A DNA stretch of 64,000 nt from an uncultured Acidobacteriota bacterium. GTDB lineage: Bacteria > Acidobacteriota > Thermoanaerobaculia > Multivoradales > UBA5704. Each line of letters opens with the position of its first letter. Position 1 is the stretch's first letter. The notes under the pieces were generated by a model. It was not told the DNA's origin, made no database searches, and worked only from the letters and a program-made list of their open reading frames with translations. Made by a program: the position numbers and the translations under genes. Positions 36,144 through 44,495 of this stretch are shown piece by piece. Location of the stretch: contig OY969474.1 in assembly GCA_963700145.1 (NCBI GenBank), forward strand, positions 3,392,001 to 3,456,000, written 5' to 3'.

Positions 36144-36595
36144 CGGGCGAGCGCCTCGAGCTTGAGCTGGCGCATGCGCTCGAGCCAGGGGGCGAGGTCG
36201 GCGGCCAGGAGTTGGACCTGCACGACATGGGCGCGGTCGGCTTCGGGGTCAGCGCAGAAGAAGCGCTCGCCGTCCCACACGATGCTCCGCCCGAAGAGCG
36301 GCGGCAGGTCGTTGAGGATGACGACGTCGAGCCGGTCCTCGCGCATGCGCAGGGCGTGGGCCAGCTCCCCGATCAGCCGCAGACGCGCCGCGAAGCGCTC
36401 CTGCCGCGTCGGGTGCCGCTGCCAGTCGAGGAGCACGGCCACGTCGATGTCGCTCTCCCGGTGCGCCCGGCCGGCGGCGTGGCTGCCGAAGAGATAGGCC
36501 GAGACGATCCCCTCGACGGGCGCCGCCGCCAGCGCTTCGCGCAGCCGCTCCGGGAGCGGACTTCCCGTAGTCTTTTCGGCGTCGTCGATCGTCAC
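36140..36595 (-). CDS. mntA: Minimal nucleotidyltransferase antitoxin
   Basis: YLFGSHAAGRAHRESDIDVAV (GSX10DXD motif), LDVVILN. Confidence 0.9.
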   Translation of the reverse strand: MTIDDAEKTTGSPLPERLREALAAAPVEGIVSAYLFGSHAAGRAHRESDIDVAVLLDWQRHPTRQERFAARLRLIGELAHALRMREDRLDVVILNDLPPLFGRSIVWDGERFFCADPEADRAHVVQVQLLAADLAPWLERMRQLKLEALAR

Positions 36596-36623
36596 CGCGC
36601 CAGCATAGCGCGCAGGCGCGAGC

Positions 36624-37121
36624 CTAGGAGACGAGCTGGGATGTTGCTGCACACAGCGCAGGGCTTTCGTAAGCTCCGCGACGACCCCGAATCGGCGGGG
36701 CCTTGACGGGGCGCAAGGTAGAGGTACCCGGCAACTCGACCGACCCGGATGCGGAGAGTACTTCGCAGCCGAAGTGCCAAAAGAGAAGTCCTTTGACCTG
36801 CACGATGCGAGTTGGGTGGCTCAGAACCCGCACGAGATCGTGAGAGAACTCGGCCACCATTGCCGGGTACGAGTCGTAATCGTCACGTTCGTAACGCCGA
36901 CTCCAGAACAGGACGTCGGCCGGAGTGCCTAAGAGGCATGCGTCGAGCTCAAGTGTGTACTCGTCGGTGTGCAGATAGGCTCTGAAAAAGTACGCCGCCC
37001 CAGGTGCAGGAGGAAACTCGAGACAGATGTAGTTTCCATCCTGCTCTATCTTTGGCGTGAGATCGGAGCAAGACCCGCGGAGTGTCTCCAACACGCCTTC
37101 CAGAACTGCTTCGGCTTTCAA
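36624..37121 (-). CDS. Hypothetical protein (lower GC)
   Basis: 165-aa ORF in a co-directional run; no recognised motif. Confidence 0.6.
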   Translation of the reverse strand: MKAEAVLEGVLETLRGSCSDLTPKIEQDGNYICLEFPPAPGAAYFFRAYLHTDEYTLELDACLLGTPADVLFWSRRYERDDYDSYPAMVAEFSHDLVRVLSHPTRIVQVKGLLFWHFGCEVLSASGSVELPGTSTLRPVKAPPIRGRRGAYESPALCAATSQLVS

Positions 37122-37130
37122 CCGATGCTC

Positions 37131-37616
37131 CTATGACCCGGCAGCCCCGGCGACTGCCGCGCTGTCGTCCCGGTTCCAGATCACCAAGACCAACCAGAAG
37201 GCGAACACCTGGATCGGAATCGACCAATCGGGTGACAGCTCGATGATGGTCCTCCGGGAGAACACACCGACCGGACGAATGCTGCCCACGACGGCTTCGC
37301 CCTGGAAGACCGAGAAGCTTCTGCCGAAAGCGGAGGTTCGTTGCAAGACGTACTGCCGGGCCTCGAGCTCTAGCTCGAACCGGGAACGGAAGGCGCTCGG
37401 CTTGATGGCGCGTGCGACGACCTGGCCTTCGGTCTTGCTCTCCAGCACGAAGGCCCCACTCATCCGGCCCTCGCGGTACAGCTTGTAAGGCCGGCCCTCG
37501 ATCGAGATCGCGGCGGCCTCCTTCCAGCCCGAGACGTCGAGCAACGCGATCTTCTGCCCGTCGGCTTCGATGTCGAAGTCCTGGGAGAGGATTCCGACGG
37601 GCCTGGCTTCGAGCAC
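37131..37616 (-). CDS. Hypothetical beta-rich protein (LURP/scramblase-like)
   Basis: Repeated beta-hairpin pattern and terminal hydrophobic helix (IQVFAFWLVLVIW). Confidence 0.65.
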   Translation of the reverse strand: MLEARPVGILSQDFDIEADGQKIALLDVSGWKEAAAISIEGRPYKLYREGRMSGAFVLESKTEGQVVARAIKPSAFRSRFELELEARQYVLQRTSAFGRSFSVFQGEAVVGSIRPVGVFSRRTIIELSPDWSIPIQVFAFWLVLVIWNRDDSAAVAGAAGS

Positions 37617-37628
37617 GGCGCCCCTTTC

Positions 37629-38738
37629 TTACTGGGTCGCTACCGGTCCACTGTTGACCTCGACCCGCTTCACGAACCTCAAGAGCATGAACCCCGGATC
37701 CCTCGTATTGGGGCGCCCGATGGCGGCGAGCACGCGGACGTTGCCGTGGACGGCGCCCGCCGGCGATCGGCAGAGATCCGCGAACTGGACGCCCAGGTGC
37801 GAGTCCCGGCTTTCACGGACCTCGGCCAGGATGGGTTGGTCGAAGCCGGTCGTGCCGAGGCGGTTGGCGCCCCTCAGTCGATGGACGGCCCCGTTGTCGC
37901 TGTCGTCGAGCTCACGGAACAGCCTCGTCACGACGTTGAGAGATCTCTCCTCCTCGATCTCGACGACCGAATAGCGCCCCGTTGTCGGATCGAACTGGAA
38001 GGGAAGCTCGACCTCCTCGGTCTGCGGATATTTGACCCACGGCGCCCAGCCCGGTTGAAAGTCGTCCTCGCCGTCCTGGTCCTCGTCGAAATCGAAGTCC
38101 GCGAGCTCGGTGAAGCGATGGATCGCGCCGTCCTGAAGCAGGATCAGCTCCACGTCCTCGTTCCTGCCCGGCCGGTTCTGCCACCAGATCGCTTCCGTCG
38201 GGTGGATCTCCCGCTGGTTCTCGTTGCCCTCGTCCCTCACCCAGGGGCCGTACAGGCAGAGGTCCTGGCCGAGCAGCGGGGATGGCTTCCCGCTCCCCTT
38301 GAGCGGGAAGAACCTGTTGTCCCGCAGAGGCACCGCCGGCGTCACTTCACACTCGACCATGCCCTCTCCCATCCAGGGAGCGAAGGCGGCGCTGGGAACC
38401 ACGTCCAGGTTCCAGTCGTGCTCGTTCTGATCCGGGTGCACCGTGGCCACGAAGTACTTCCCCAGGCGGCCGCCCAAGGTTTCCCGGCGGCCGCTGATGG
38501 GCCTCCAGGGAGCCTTCCTGGAAGCGAAGAAGAGGATGTTGGGGTGATAGAGGTTCTGGACGCTGATGCCGAATTGGTGAGCGTTCACGAACTCGGCATA
38601 GCTGGTGAAATCTTCTGTGCAGGGAGGAAGCGTGTCCAAGCGGACGAGCGTGTCCTGCGGCAGATCGTCGCGGGTGCACGACGCGGAGGCCGCGGCGACG
38701 AGAAAGAAGACGGCGGTGCGAAAGCGCCTGGTCTTCAT
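37629..38738 (-). CDS. Putative lipoprotein of unknown function
   Basis: MKTRRFRTAVFFLVAAASASC; EHDWNL, ECEVTP, YGPWVRD...EIHP motifs. Confidence 0.7.
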   Translation of the reverse strand: MKTRRFRTAVFFLVAAASASCTRDDLPQDTLVRLDTLPPCTEDFTSYAEFVNAHQFGISVQNLYHPNILFFASRKAPWRPISGRRETLGGRLGKYFVATVHPDQNEHDWNLDVVPSAAFAPWMGEGMVECEVTPAVPLRDNRFFPLKGSGKPSPLLGQDLCLYGPWVRDEGNENQREIHPTEAIWWQNRPGRNEDVELILLQDGAIHRFTELADFDFDEDQDGEDDFQPGWAPWVKYPQTEEVELPFQFDPTTGRYSVVEIEEERSLNVVTRLFRELDDSDNGAVHRLRGANRLGTTGFDQPILAEVRESRDSHLGVQFADLCRSPAGAVHGNVRVLAAIGRPNTRDPGFMLLRFVKRVEVNSGPVATQ

Positions 38739-38799
38739 CGGGCCCGCCAAGTATGGGCCGCTCGGGTAGGCTGTCAACCGTGGAGAGGAGTGGCTGCCG

Positions 38800-39189
38800 A
38801 TGAACGCCAAGCCCACGACCATCGACGAGTACCTCGCCCCGTTGAGCGAGGACAAGCGGGCCGCGCTCGAGAGGCTGCGGAAGATCATCCGGGCGGCGGC
38901 TCCCAAGGCCGAGGAGTGCATCAGCTATCAGCTCCCCGCCTTCTGTCTCGACGGCAAGGCCTTCATCTGGATCGGCGCCGCCGCGAACCACTGCGCCATC
39001 TACGGCGTCGGGGGAGCCGACGCGGACGAGCTCAAGGACTACGACACCAGCAAGGGCACCATTCGCTTTCAGCCGGACAAACCCTTGCCGGCGACCCTCG
39101 TCCGCAAGCTGGTCAAGGCTCGGATCGCAAGGAACGCGGCCAAACAAAAGCCGCGAGCGGGCGGCACCGCACGCCGCCCGCCGCTCTAG
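38800..39189 (+). CDS. DUF1801 (YdhG-like) protein
   Basis: TIDEYL...LRKIIRAAAP.AEECISYQLPAF...SKGTIRF. Confidence 0.9.
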   Translation: MNAKPTTIDEYLAPLSEDKRAALERLRKIIRAAAPKAEECISYQLPAFCLDGKAFIWIGAAANHCAIYGVGGADADELKDYDTSKGTIRFQPDKPLPATLVRKLVKARIARNAAKQKPRAGGTARRPPL

Positions 39190-39201
39190 GCAGGCGCCCC
39201 C

Positions 39202-39242
39202 GCGGCGATTAGGCGGCAGCGATCCGCCGTTCTAATCGCCGC
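39202..39242. terminator. Hairpin between convergent genes
   Basis: GCGGCGATTAG...CTAATCGCCGC inverted repeat. Confidence 0.5.
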
Positions 39243-39295
39243 CTCTCGCGTGAGCAGGCTGCTTCGGCTTCTAGTCGCGCAGGGCGCGCTCAGTA

Positions 39296-39775
39296 TTAAC
39301 ACTCAACCGTATACTCACAAGTACAAGATTGAGAACCGAACGGGCTGGAGAGGACAGTGTTCACGCATCTGCCGGTGCCTGAGGCGCAGAGCCACGCAAT
39401 ATTGTCATTGCAGTCGAGCTCGCAACTCGCCCAGTCGCCGCTCGAACAGTACTGCGGGAACGGGTTAATGTCCCACTCGCAGCCCGACAGGGTCGGATTC
39501 GACATGCACTTGCTGTACTTGGGAGTGTTGTTCGGGCACTCCCACTTACAGCAGGCATCGGTGCCGCCGAAGTCCGCGCACGCGCCGCCGGCGTAGCCGT
39601 TGCTCCAGTAGCCGTTGGGGTTGTCTCGACAGAACCTGTCAGCGTTGCGGCAGGATATGTAGCACGTATTGCTACAGAGCTGTGCTTCCGCACCGCCGGC
39701 GCTTACCAACAGAGTCATCGCTGTAAGGATGGTGAGCCTGATGAAGGTTCGCAGCGTTTTGGCTTTTGACCTCAT
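39296..39775 (-). CDS. Secreted Cys-rich protein (18 Cys)
   Basis: SD AAGGAGG; signal peptide ending AEA; 18 Cys in about 128 mature residues. Confidence 0.8.
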   Translation of the reverse strand: MRSKAKTLRTFIRLTILTAMTLLVSAGGAEAQLCSNTCYISCRNADRFCRDNPNGYWSNGYAGGACADFGGTDACCKWECPNNTPKYSKCMSNPTLSGCEWDINPFPQYCSSGDWASCELDCNDNIAWLCASGTGRCVNTVLSSPFGSQSCTCEYTVEC

Positions 39776-39873
39776 GTCTTACCTCCTTGTTGGTAACTCC
39801 AAGCCTTCGATTCACCCGGAGGCCGAATCGCCGGCGCGTGAACCCGCGCCAGCTCATAGTCTTTCAAGAAGTG

Positions 39874-39889
39874 TGCAAGCAATGTGCCA
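39874..39889 (-). promoter_or_regulatory. sigma54 (-24/-12) promoter
   Basis: The minus strand reads TGGCAC-ATTGC-TTGCA, upstream of 39775. Confidence 0.75.
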
Positions 39890-39942
39890 GTTTGAAATAG
39901 TAGTGACCATGGTAGATTGACCAGGGTCACAGAGGAGACCTC

Positions 39943-40188
39943 ATGCCGAAGCGAGCGCCCCAGGCCGTGTCGAAATCGAGATTCAAGGCGCAGGCGCTGG
40001 AGTACTTCCGCGAGGTCGAGAGGTCCGGCAAGGAGCTGGTCATCACTGACCATGGGCGGCCGGTGCTGAAGGTCGTGCCGTACGCCGAAGACCCGGCCGC
40101 CGCCCTGGAATCGCTGCGCGGCAGCGTGCTGCGTTACGACGACCCGCTCGAGCCGGTGGGCGTCGAAGACTGGGAAGCGTTGCGCTGA
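39943..40188 (+). CDS. Phd/YefM antitoxin
   Basis: VSKSRFKAQALEYFREVERSGKELVITDHGRPVLKVVP. Confidence 0.9.
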   Translation: MPKRAPQAVSKSRFKAQALEYFREVERSGKELVITDHGRPVLKVVPYAEDPAAALESLRGSVLRYDDPLEPVGVEDWEALR

Positions 40189-40580
40189 TCCTGCTCGATA
40201 CCCATGCCTGGGTTTGGTGGGTCGCCCGCCCCACGCTGCTCTCGCCGGCGGCGCGTCGCAAGATCGAGACCGCGGTCGAGCAGGGCGAGGTCAACGTGTC
40301 GGCGATCAGTTGCTGGGAGGTCTCGCTGCTCGTCCAGCGCGGCAGGCTCGAGCTGGCGATGGCGGTCGAGGAGTGGATCGCGCGCTCGGAGGCGCTTCCG
40401 TTCCTCGAATTCCTGCCGGTGGACCACCGCATCGCCGCGCGAGCGAACAGCCTCCCCGGCAACCTGCACGCCGACCCGGCCGACCGCCTGATCGTCGCCA
40501 CGGCCCTTCTCCACGGCCTGCCGCTGGTCACGAAAGACCGCAGGCTGCGCCGCTTCCCGCACGTCGAGACGGTCTGGTAG
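40185..40580 (+). CDS. vapC: PIN-domain toxin (VapC family); apparent CTG start
   Basis: (L)ILLDTHAWVWW...SAISCWE...HADPADRLIVATA...VTKD. The frame extends upstream of the ORF-track start. Confidence 0.88.
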   Translation: MILLDTHAWVWWVARPTLLSPAARRKIETAVEQGEVNVSAISCWEVSLLVQRGRLELAMAVEEWIARSEALPFLEFLPVDHRIAARANSLPGNLHADPADRLIVATALLHGLPLVTKDRRLRRFPHVETVW

Positions 40581-40597
40581 CGCGTCGGCTCTCGCCT

Positions 40598-40957
40598 TCA
40601 GATCCGCTCGGGCTCGAAGACGGTCCGCTCGTCGACGACGTTGCCGGTGTTGAGCGTGTTTGCCGGCTCGAAGAGCAGGAGCTCCACCTCCTCGTCGGCG
40701 CAGGGCCGGTGCTCCACGCCGCGCGGCACGACGACCATCTCCCCCGGCCCGAGCACCAGCGTCCCGTCCCGCAGCTCCATCCGCAGCCGCCCCTTGAGCA
40801 CCAGGAACAGCTCGTCCTCGCGCTCGTGATGGTGCCAGACGAACTCTCCCTGGAGCTTGACGAGCTTCACTTCCTGCCCGTTCAGCTCGGCGACGACCTT
40901 CGGGGTCCAGTGCTCGCGGATGAGGCCCAGCTTTTCGGCGAGGTTGACTTTGTCCAT
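40598..40957 (-). CDS. Cupin domain protein
   Basis: GEFVWHHHEREDELF, VVPRGVEHRP. Confidence 0.92.
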   Translation of the reverse strand: MDKVNLAEKLGLIREHWTPKVVAELNGQEVKLVKLQGEFVWHHHEREDELFLVLKGRLRMELRDGTLVLGPGEMVVVPRGVEHRPCADEEVELLLFEPANTLNTGNVVDERTVFEPERI

Positions 40958-40991
40958 GGGGACGATGGTACCGTCCATGGTGCTCTCGTTC

Positions 40992-41059
40992 GACGCGCCG
41001 CGTTGCGATGAGGGCGGTGCGCCGCCGGCAGAGGTCAGATCTCCGCCGGCGGCCGTTGT
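40992..41059. repeat. 68-bp conserved hairpin element, copy 2
   Basis: 66/68 identical to 2873-2940, in the same position just 3' of the paralogous gene. Confidence 0.9.
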
Positions 41060-41066
41060 TTTTAGG

Positions 41067-41444
41067 TCAGGCCGTGGGCGCCGGCGGCGGCCCTTCCGGC
41101 TTGGGCGGCTCCTCCTTCTTGGCCGACCGCTTGCGGCCGCGCGGCAGGAAGCCGAACTCGCGCAGCGTCTGGCTCTTCGGCCCGAAGTGGCCGCGCAGGG
41201 CGCCGTTGAGCTGGCTCCGCAGGTCGATGCCGCGCTGCTGGGAGACGCGGCGCTTCTCGTTGGTCTCGCGCAGCCGCGCCTCGAAGATCTCCGTCTGCGC
41301 CTCGAGGCCGCGCGCCTCGGCGACCCAGGCCTCGAGGTCGGTCTGCAGGACGGTCATGTGGGGCGCGTCGGGGAGACGCCCCTTGAGGTTGGTGGAGAGC
41401 CCGTCGAGAGCGACGAGCAGCTCGGGGTAAGACTCGTGGGCCAT
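41067..41444 (-). CDS. Small helical/coiled-coil protein with basic Pro-rich tail (125 aa); paralog of 2947-3345
   Basis: SD GAAAGGAGA; roughly 55-60% identical to the paralog by hand alignment. Confidence 0.85.
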   Translation of the reverse strand: MAHESYPELLVALDGLSTNLKGRLPDAPHMTVLQTDLEAWVAEARGLEAQTEIFEARLRETNEKRRVSQQRGIDLRSQLNGALRGHFGPKSQTLREFGFLPRGRKRSAKKEEPPKPEGPPPAPTA

Positions 41445-41487
41445 GGGAAATTCTCCTTTCCGTCAGCGGTCAATGAACGCCGAGTCG

Positions 41488-42022
41488 GGACACGCTCCCG
41501 ATCGACGGGGGAACGCGGGGAAGAAGGTCCGGAAAACGCAGGTGGACGGCCGGAAAGCTCTCGGGTGTCGGGGGAAAGCGGCGGAACAGCGAAGCAACGT
41601 TCTGCGGGCGCGCCGGAGCGCTCTGCGCTGCGCCGGGAGCACGCCGGCGCTCTGTCGGAGCTCGCCGGCGCTCGGGCGAAGGGTTCTGGCGGTGTGCAGG
41701 AGTTGGCAGCGGCCGTCGCGGACCCCGCCGGGAGTCCGCGAGAGGTCGCGCCCGCTCGGCCAGCCGAGTCGTGCGGTCCGCAGGGGCCGGCGCCGCGTCG
41801 CCCGAAAGTGCCCCACGGACCGCCGGAACGCTCCCGCGGCCGCCGGGAGCATTTCCTCGGCGTCCGGGAGATTTCCCGGCCGGCCAAAGAACGCTCCCGG
41901 CCTCTCTGGGAGAATTTCGGGCAGGGTCGGAAAGGCTCTGGCCGGGCGCGGGAGCTTTTCGTCCTGCGCGGGGAGCGTTCCCGGCGTCGTGGGGAGCTCT
42001 CCGGAGCGCTCAGGGAGCTTTT
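41488..42022. repeat. Degenerate 21-bp-period array (about 26 units, core SGGAR, often followed by C)
   Basis: In-phase cores at 41509, 41530, 41551, 41572, 41614, 41635, 41656 ... 41824, 41845, 41866, 41908, 41950, 41971, 41992, 42013. Confidence 0.8.
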
Positions 42023-42145
42023 AGCGTTGACATCGACATCTCATGCGGGCTGATTACAGCCTGTTCCTGGATGTATGTCAACCAACCGGGCAGACTTCGG
42101 CTGAAACGCAAGCCTTTGCCGTAGATCTCAGCGAGCGGCAGGCTT

Positions 42146-43297
42146 TTAGCGGCCCAGCAGCCCGGCGAGTACTTCGACGCCGCGCTCGACGACGTCCGGC
42201 GGGGAGGCGGTGAAGCAGAGGCGGGCGTGGGTGGGGTAGGGGCCGAAGCTGGGGCCGGGGGCGAGGAAGAGGCCCTGGTCGGCGCAGTCCTCGAGGAAGC
42301 CGTCGAGGCCGCGGGCGTCGAGGCGGTCGGCGACGTCGAGGAAGAGGAAGGTGCTGCCGGCGGGGGGGTCGACGCCGAGGCGCGCGGCCACGCGGGTGCC
42401 GGTCGCGGCGTACTGGTCGCGCGCCGCCGCGGCCCAGGCGTCTCCGGGGCCGGCGAGGGCGCGGAGCGCCGCGAGCTGCGAGGCGGTGGGCGTCGAGTAG
42501 AAGCTGTGGGTGACGACCTTGCGCAGCTCGCCCATGACGGCGCGCGGCCCGACGACGTAGCCGCAGCGGTTCCCCGCCATGCCGTAGGCCTTGGAGAAGG
42601 AGTGGACGGCGAAGGTGCGCTCGGGCGCCAGCGGCCGGCAGTAGGTGTGCTCGCCCGCGAAGACGTAGTCCTCGTAGACGTCGTCGGAGATGATCCACAG
42701 CCCTTCGCTCGCGGCCCAGGCGACGAGCGCTTCGATCCAGGGGCGCGGGATGAGCAGGCCGGTCGGGTTGCTCGGCGTGTTCCAGTAGATGCCGACGACG
42801 CGCGGCGAGAGGTGGCGGCGCACGACCTCGACCGCCGTCTCCGGCGAGTCGGCGGCGCCGAAGAAGGGGACCTCGACCGGGACGCCCTTGAAGGAGCGCA
42901 CGATGCCCGAGATGAGCGGCCAGTGCGGCGCCAGCAGTAGCACCTCCTCGCCCGGCTCGAGGATGGCGCCCGCCACCGCCGCCAAGGCGCCGGTGGCGCC
43001 GGCGGCGATCAGCAGGTCGTCGCGCTCGGTCGCGGCGCCGGTGCGCGCCCGCTGCCGGTCGGCGACGGCGTCGAGGAGCTGCGGGATCCCCTGCGGCGCC
43101 GCGTAGCGGTGCATGCCGGGGTGGTCGGCGACCTTGAGGTCCTCCATCCGGCAGCCCTCGGCCGGCTCCATCCAGGTGTCGCCGACGTGGAGCGGGAAGA
43201 CCTCGCCGCGGTAGCGCGCGGCGCGGTCGGCCAAGGCTGAATACACGGCGCCGGGGATCTCGGCGACCGCGGCGGCGGTGTGGGGCGGGCGCGGCAT
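42146..43297 (-). CDS. PLP-dependent aminotransferase class I/II
   Basis: NTPSNPTG, SDDVY, SFSKAYGMAGNRCGY. Confidence 0.93.
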   Translation of the reverse strand: MPRPPHTAAAVAEIPGAVYSALADRAARYRGEVFPLHVGDTWMEPAEGCRMEDLKVADHPGMHRYAAPQGIPQLLDAVADRQRARTGAATERDDLLIAAGATGALAAVAGAILEPGEEVLLLAPHWPLISGIVRSFKGVPVEVPFFGAADSPETAVEVVRRHLSPRVVGIYWNTPSNPTGLLIPRPWIEALVAWAASEGLWIISDDVYEDYVFAGEHTYCRPLAPERTFAVHSFSKAYGMAGNRCGYVVGPRAVMGELRKVVTHSFYSTPTASQLAALRALAGPGDAWAAAARDQYAATGTRVAARLGVDPPAGSTFLFLDVADRLDARGLDGFLEDCADQGLFLAPGPSFGPYPTHARLCFTASPPDVVERGVEVLAGLLGR

Positions 43298-43299
43298 GG

Positions 43300-43689
43300 C
43301 TAGAAGGGGAGGGTACCGGTCGCGAGGCGCCCGAGCCAGATCGCGGCGAGGGCCGCGAGGTTGGCGCCGAGGAGGGGAGGCAGCCACCCCGGCCAGCCGG
43401 GCAGCGGCCGCACGAGGGAGGCGCCCCACGCCAGCCAGACGAGCCCCAGCTGGGCGGCCACGACCGGCGACCAGGGGTGGAGCGCGAGCGCGCCGTGCCA
43501 GTCGCCGCGCGCCAGGTGGGCGAGGGCCCGGGTCATGCCGCAGCCCGGGCAGGGAAGGTTGAAGGAGCGGCGCAGGAAGCAGAAGACCGGCAGGCCGCCG
43601 CCCACCGGCGTCCAGTGGGCGAGGAGGAGGGCGCCGAGCACGCCGGCCAGCCCGGCCGCCCCCCAGGCCAATGCCTTCCCCGCCGTCAC
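43300..43689 (-). CDS. DUF2752 membrane protein
   Basis: CFLR...PCPGCGMTRA. Confidence 0.88.
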   Translation of the reverse strand: MTAGKALAWGAAGLAGVLGALLLAHWTPVGGGLPVFCFLRRSFNLPCPGCGMTRALAHLARGDWHGALALHPWSPVVAAQLGLVWLAWGASLVRPLPGWPGWLPPLLGANLAALAAIWLGRLATGTLPF

Positions 43690-43702
43690 GGCACGCCTCG
43701 GC

Positions 43703-43996
43703 TCAGTTCATCCCCTCGAGGATGCCGCCGACGATCGCCATGCCGCCCATGGCGAAGATCCAGAAGAGGCTGAACACCAGGAGCACGGTGCCGATGATCC
43801 CCAGGATCACGCCGGCGGTCGCGAACCCCTGGCCGGCGGCCGGCGACCGCCCCTCGCGGATCGAGCGCTGCTCCTGGTTGCCGAGATACCAGGCGACGGG
43901 CCCCAGGATCTGGCAGCAGACGAAGCTCAGGATGCCCAGGACGAGGGCGGTGACGGCTTGGCTGCTCGGCTTGTCGGGCGCTGCGGTCGTCGCCAT
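43703..43996 (-). CDS. DUF4190 membrane protein
   Basis: ALVLGILS...GPVAWYLG...ATAGVILGIIG. Confidence 0.85.
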   Translation of the reverse strand: MATTAAPDKPSSQAVTALVLGILSFVCCQILGPVAWYLGNQEQRSIREGRSPAAGQGFATAGVILGIIGTVLLVFSLFWIFAMGGMAIVGGILEGMN

Positions 43997-44009
43997 CGCG
44001 CTCTCCTAG

Positions 44010-44441
44010 TTAAAACTTGTCGGCGAGCTGGCTGATGCCCGGGATGATGAAGCGCTGGCCGTTGATCCCCTTGATGATGCAGAGGACGTGGATGACGATC
44101 GCCGCGAGCCCGACGATCGAGCTCGGCCCGGCCCAGAGGCAGCCCAGGCAGCCGCTCGGATCGGCGAAGCCGATGACGTTGGAGAGCAGCGACAGCACGA
44201 TCGAGACGACGATCCAGAAGCCCAGCAGCACGAGCCCGTGCTTGGCGTGCCACTGCACCTCGCGGTCCTCCTTCTCGGAGATCAGCGGGATGAGCGCCAG
44301 GATCCCCAAGTAGGAGAGGATGATCATCAGGCTGCGGTTGGGGCTCACCGTGCCGCCTCCGGCGGGCGGCGGCGTGTACGGCGGCGGCGGGGGCGGTGAG
44401 TACGGCGGGGGCGGGGTGGGCGGAACCGGCGGTTCGGTCAT
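44010..44441 (-). CDS. DUF4870-like membrane protein
   Basis: Pro-rich N-terminus; LSYLG...VQWHAKHGLVL...KGINGQRFIIP. Confidence 0.82.
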   Translation of the reverse strand: MTEPPVPPTPPPPYSPPPPPPYTPPPAGGGTVSPNRSLMIILSYLGILALIPLISEKEDREVQWHAKHGLVLLGFWIVVSIVLSLLSNVIGFADPSGCLGCLWAGPSSIVGLAAIVIHVLCIIKGINGQRFIIPGISQLADKF

Positions 44442-44495
44442 AGCGGCCTCCTCCTTTCCGTCCTGCGGTCGGGGGTGGATGCGACGGGCCGGAGT

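Noticed and set aside
41354-42124. Overlapping ORFs across the second array
   Set aside because: Low-complexity translations in several frames on both strands with no clear RBS, better explained by the DNA periodicity.
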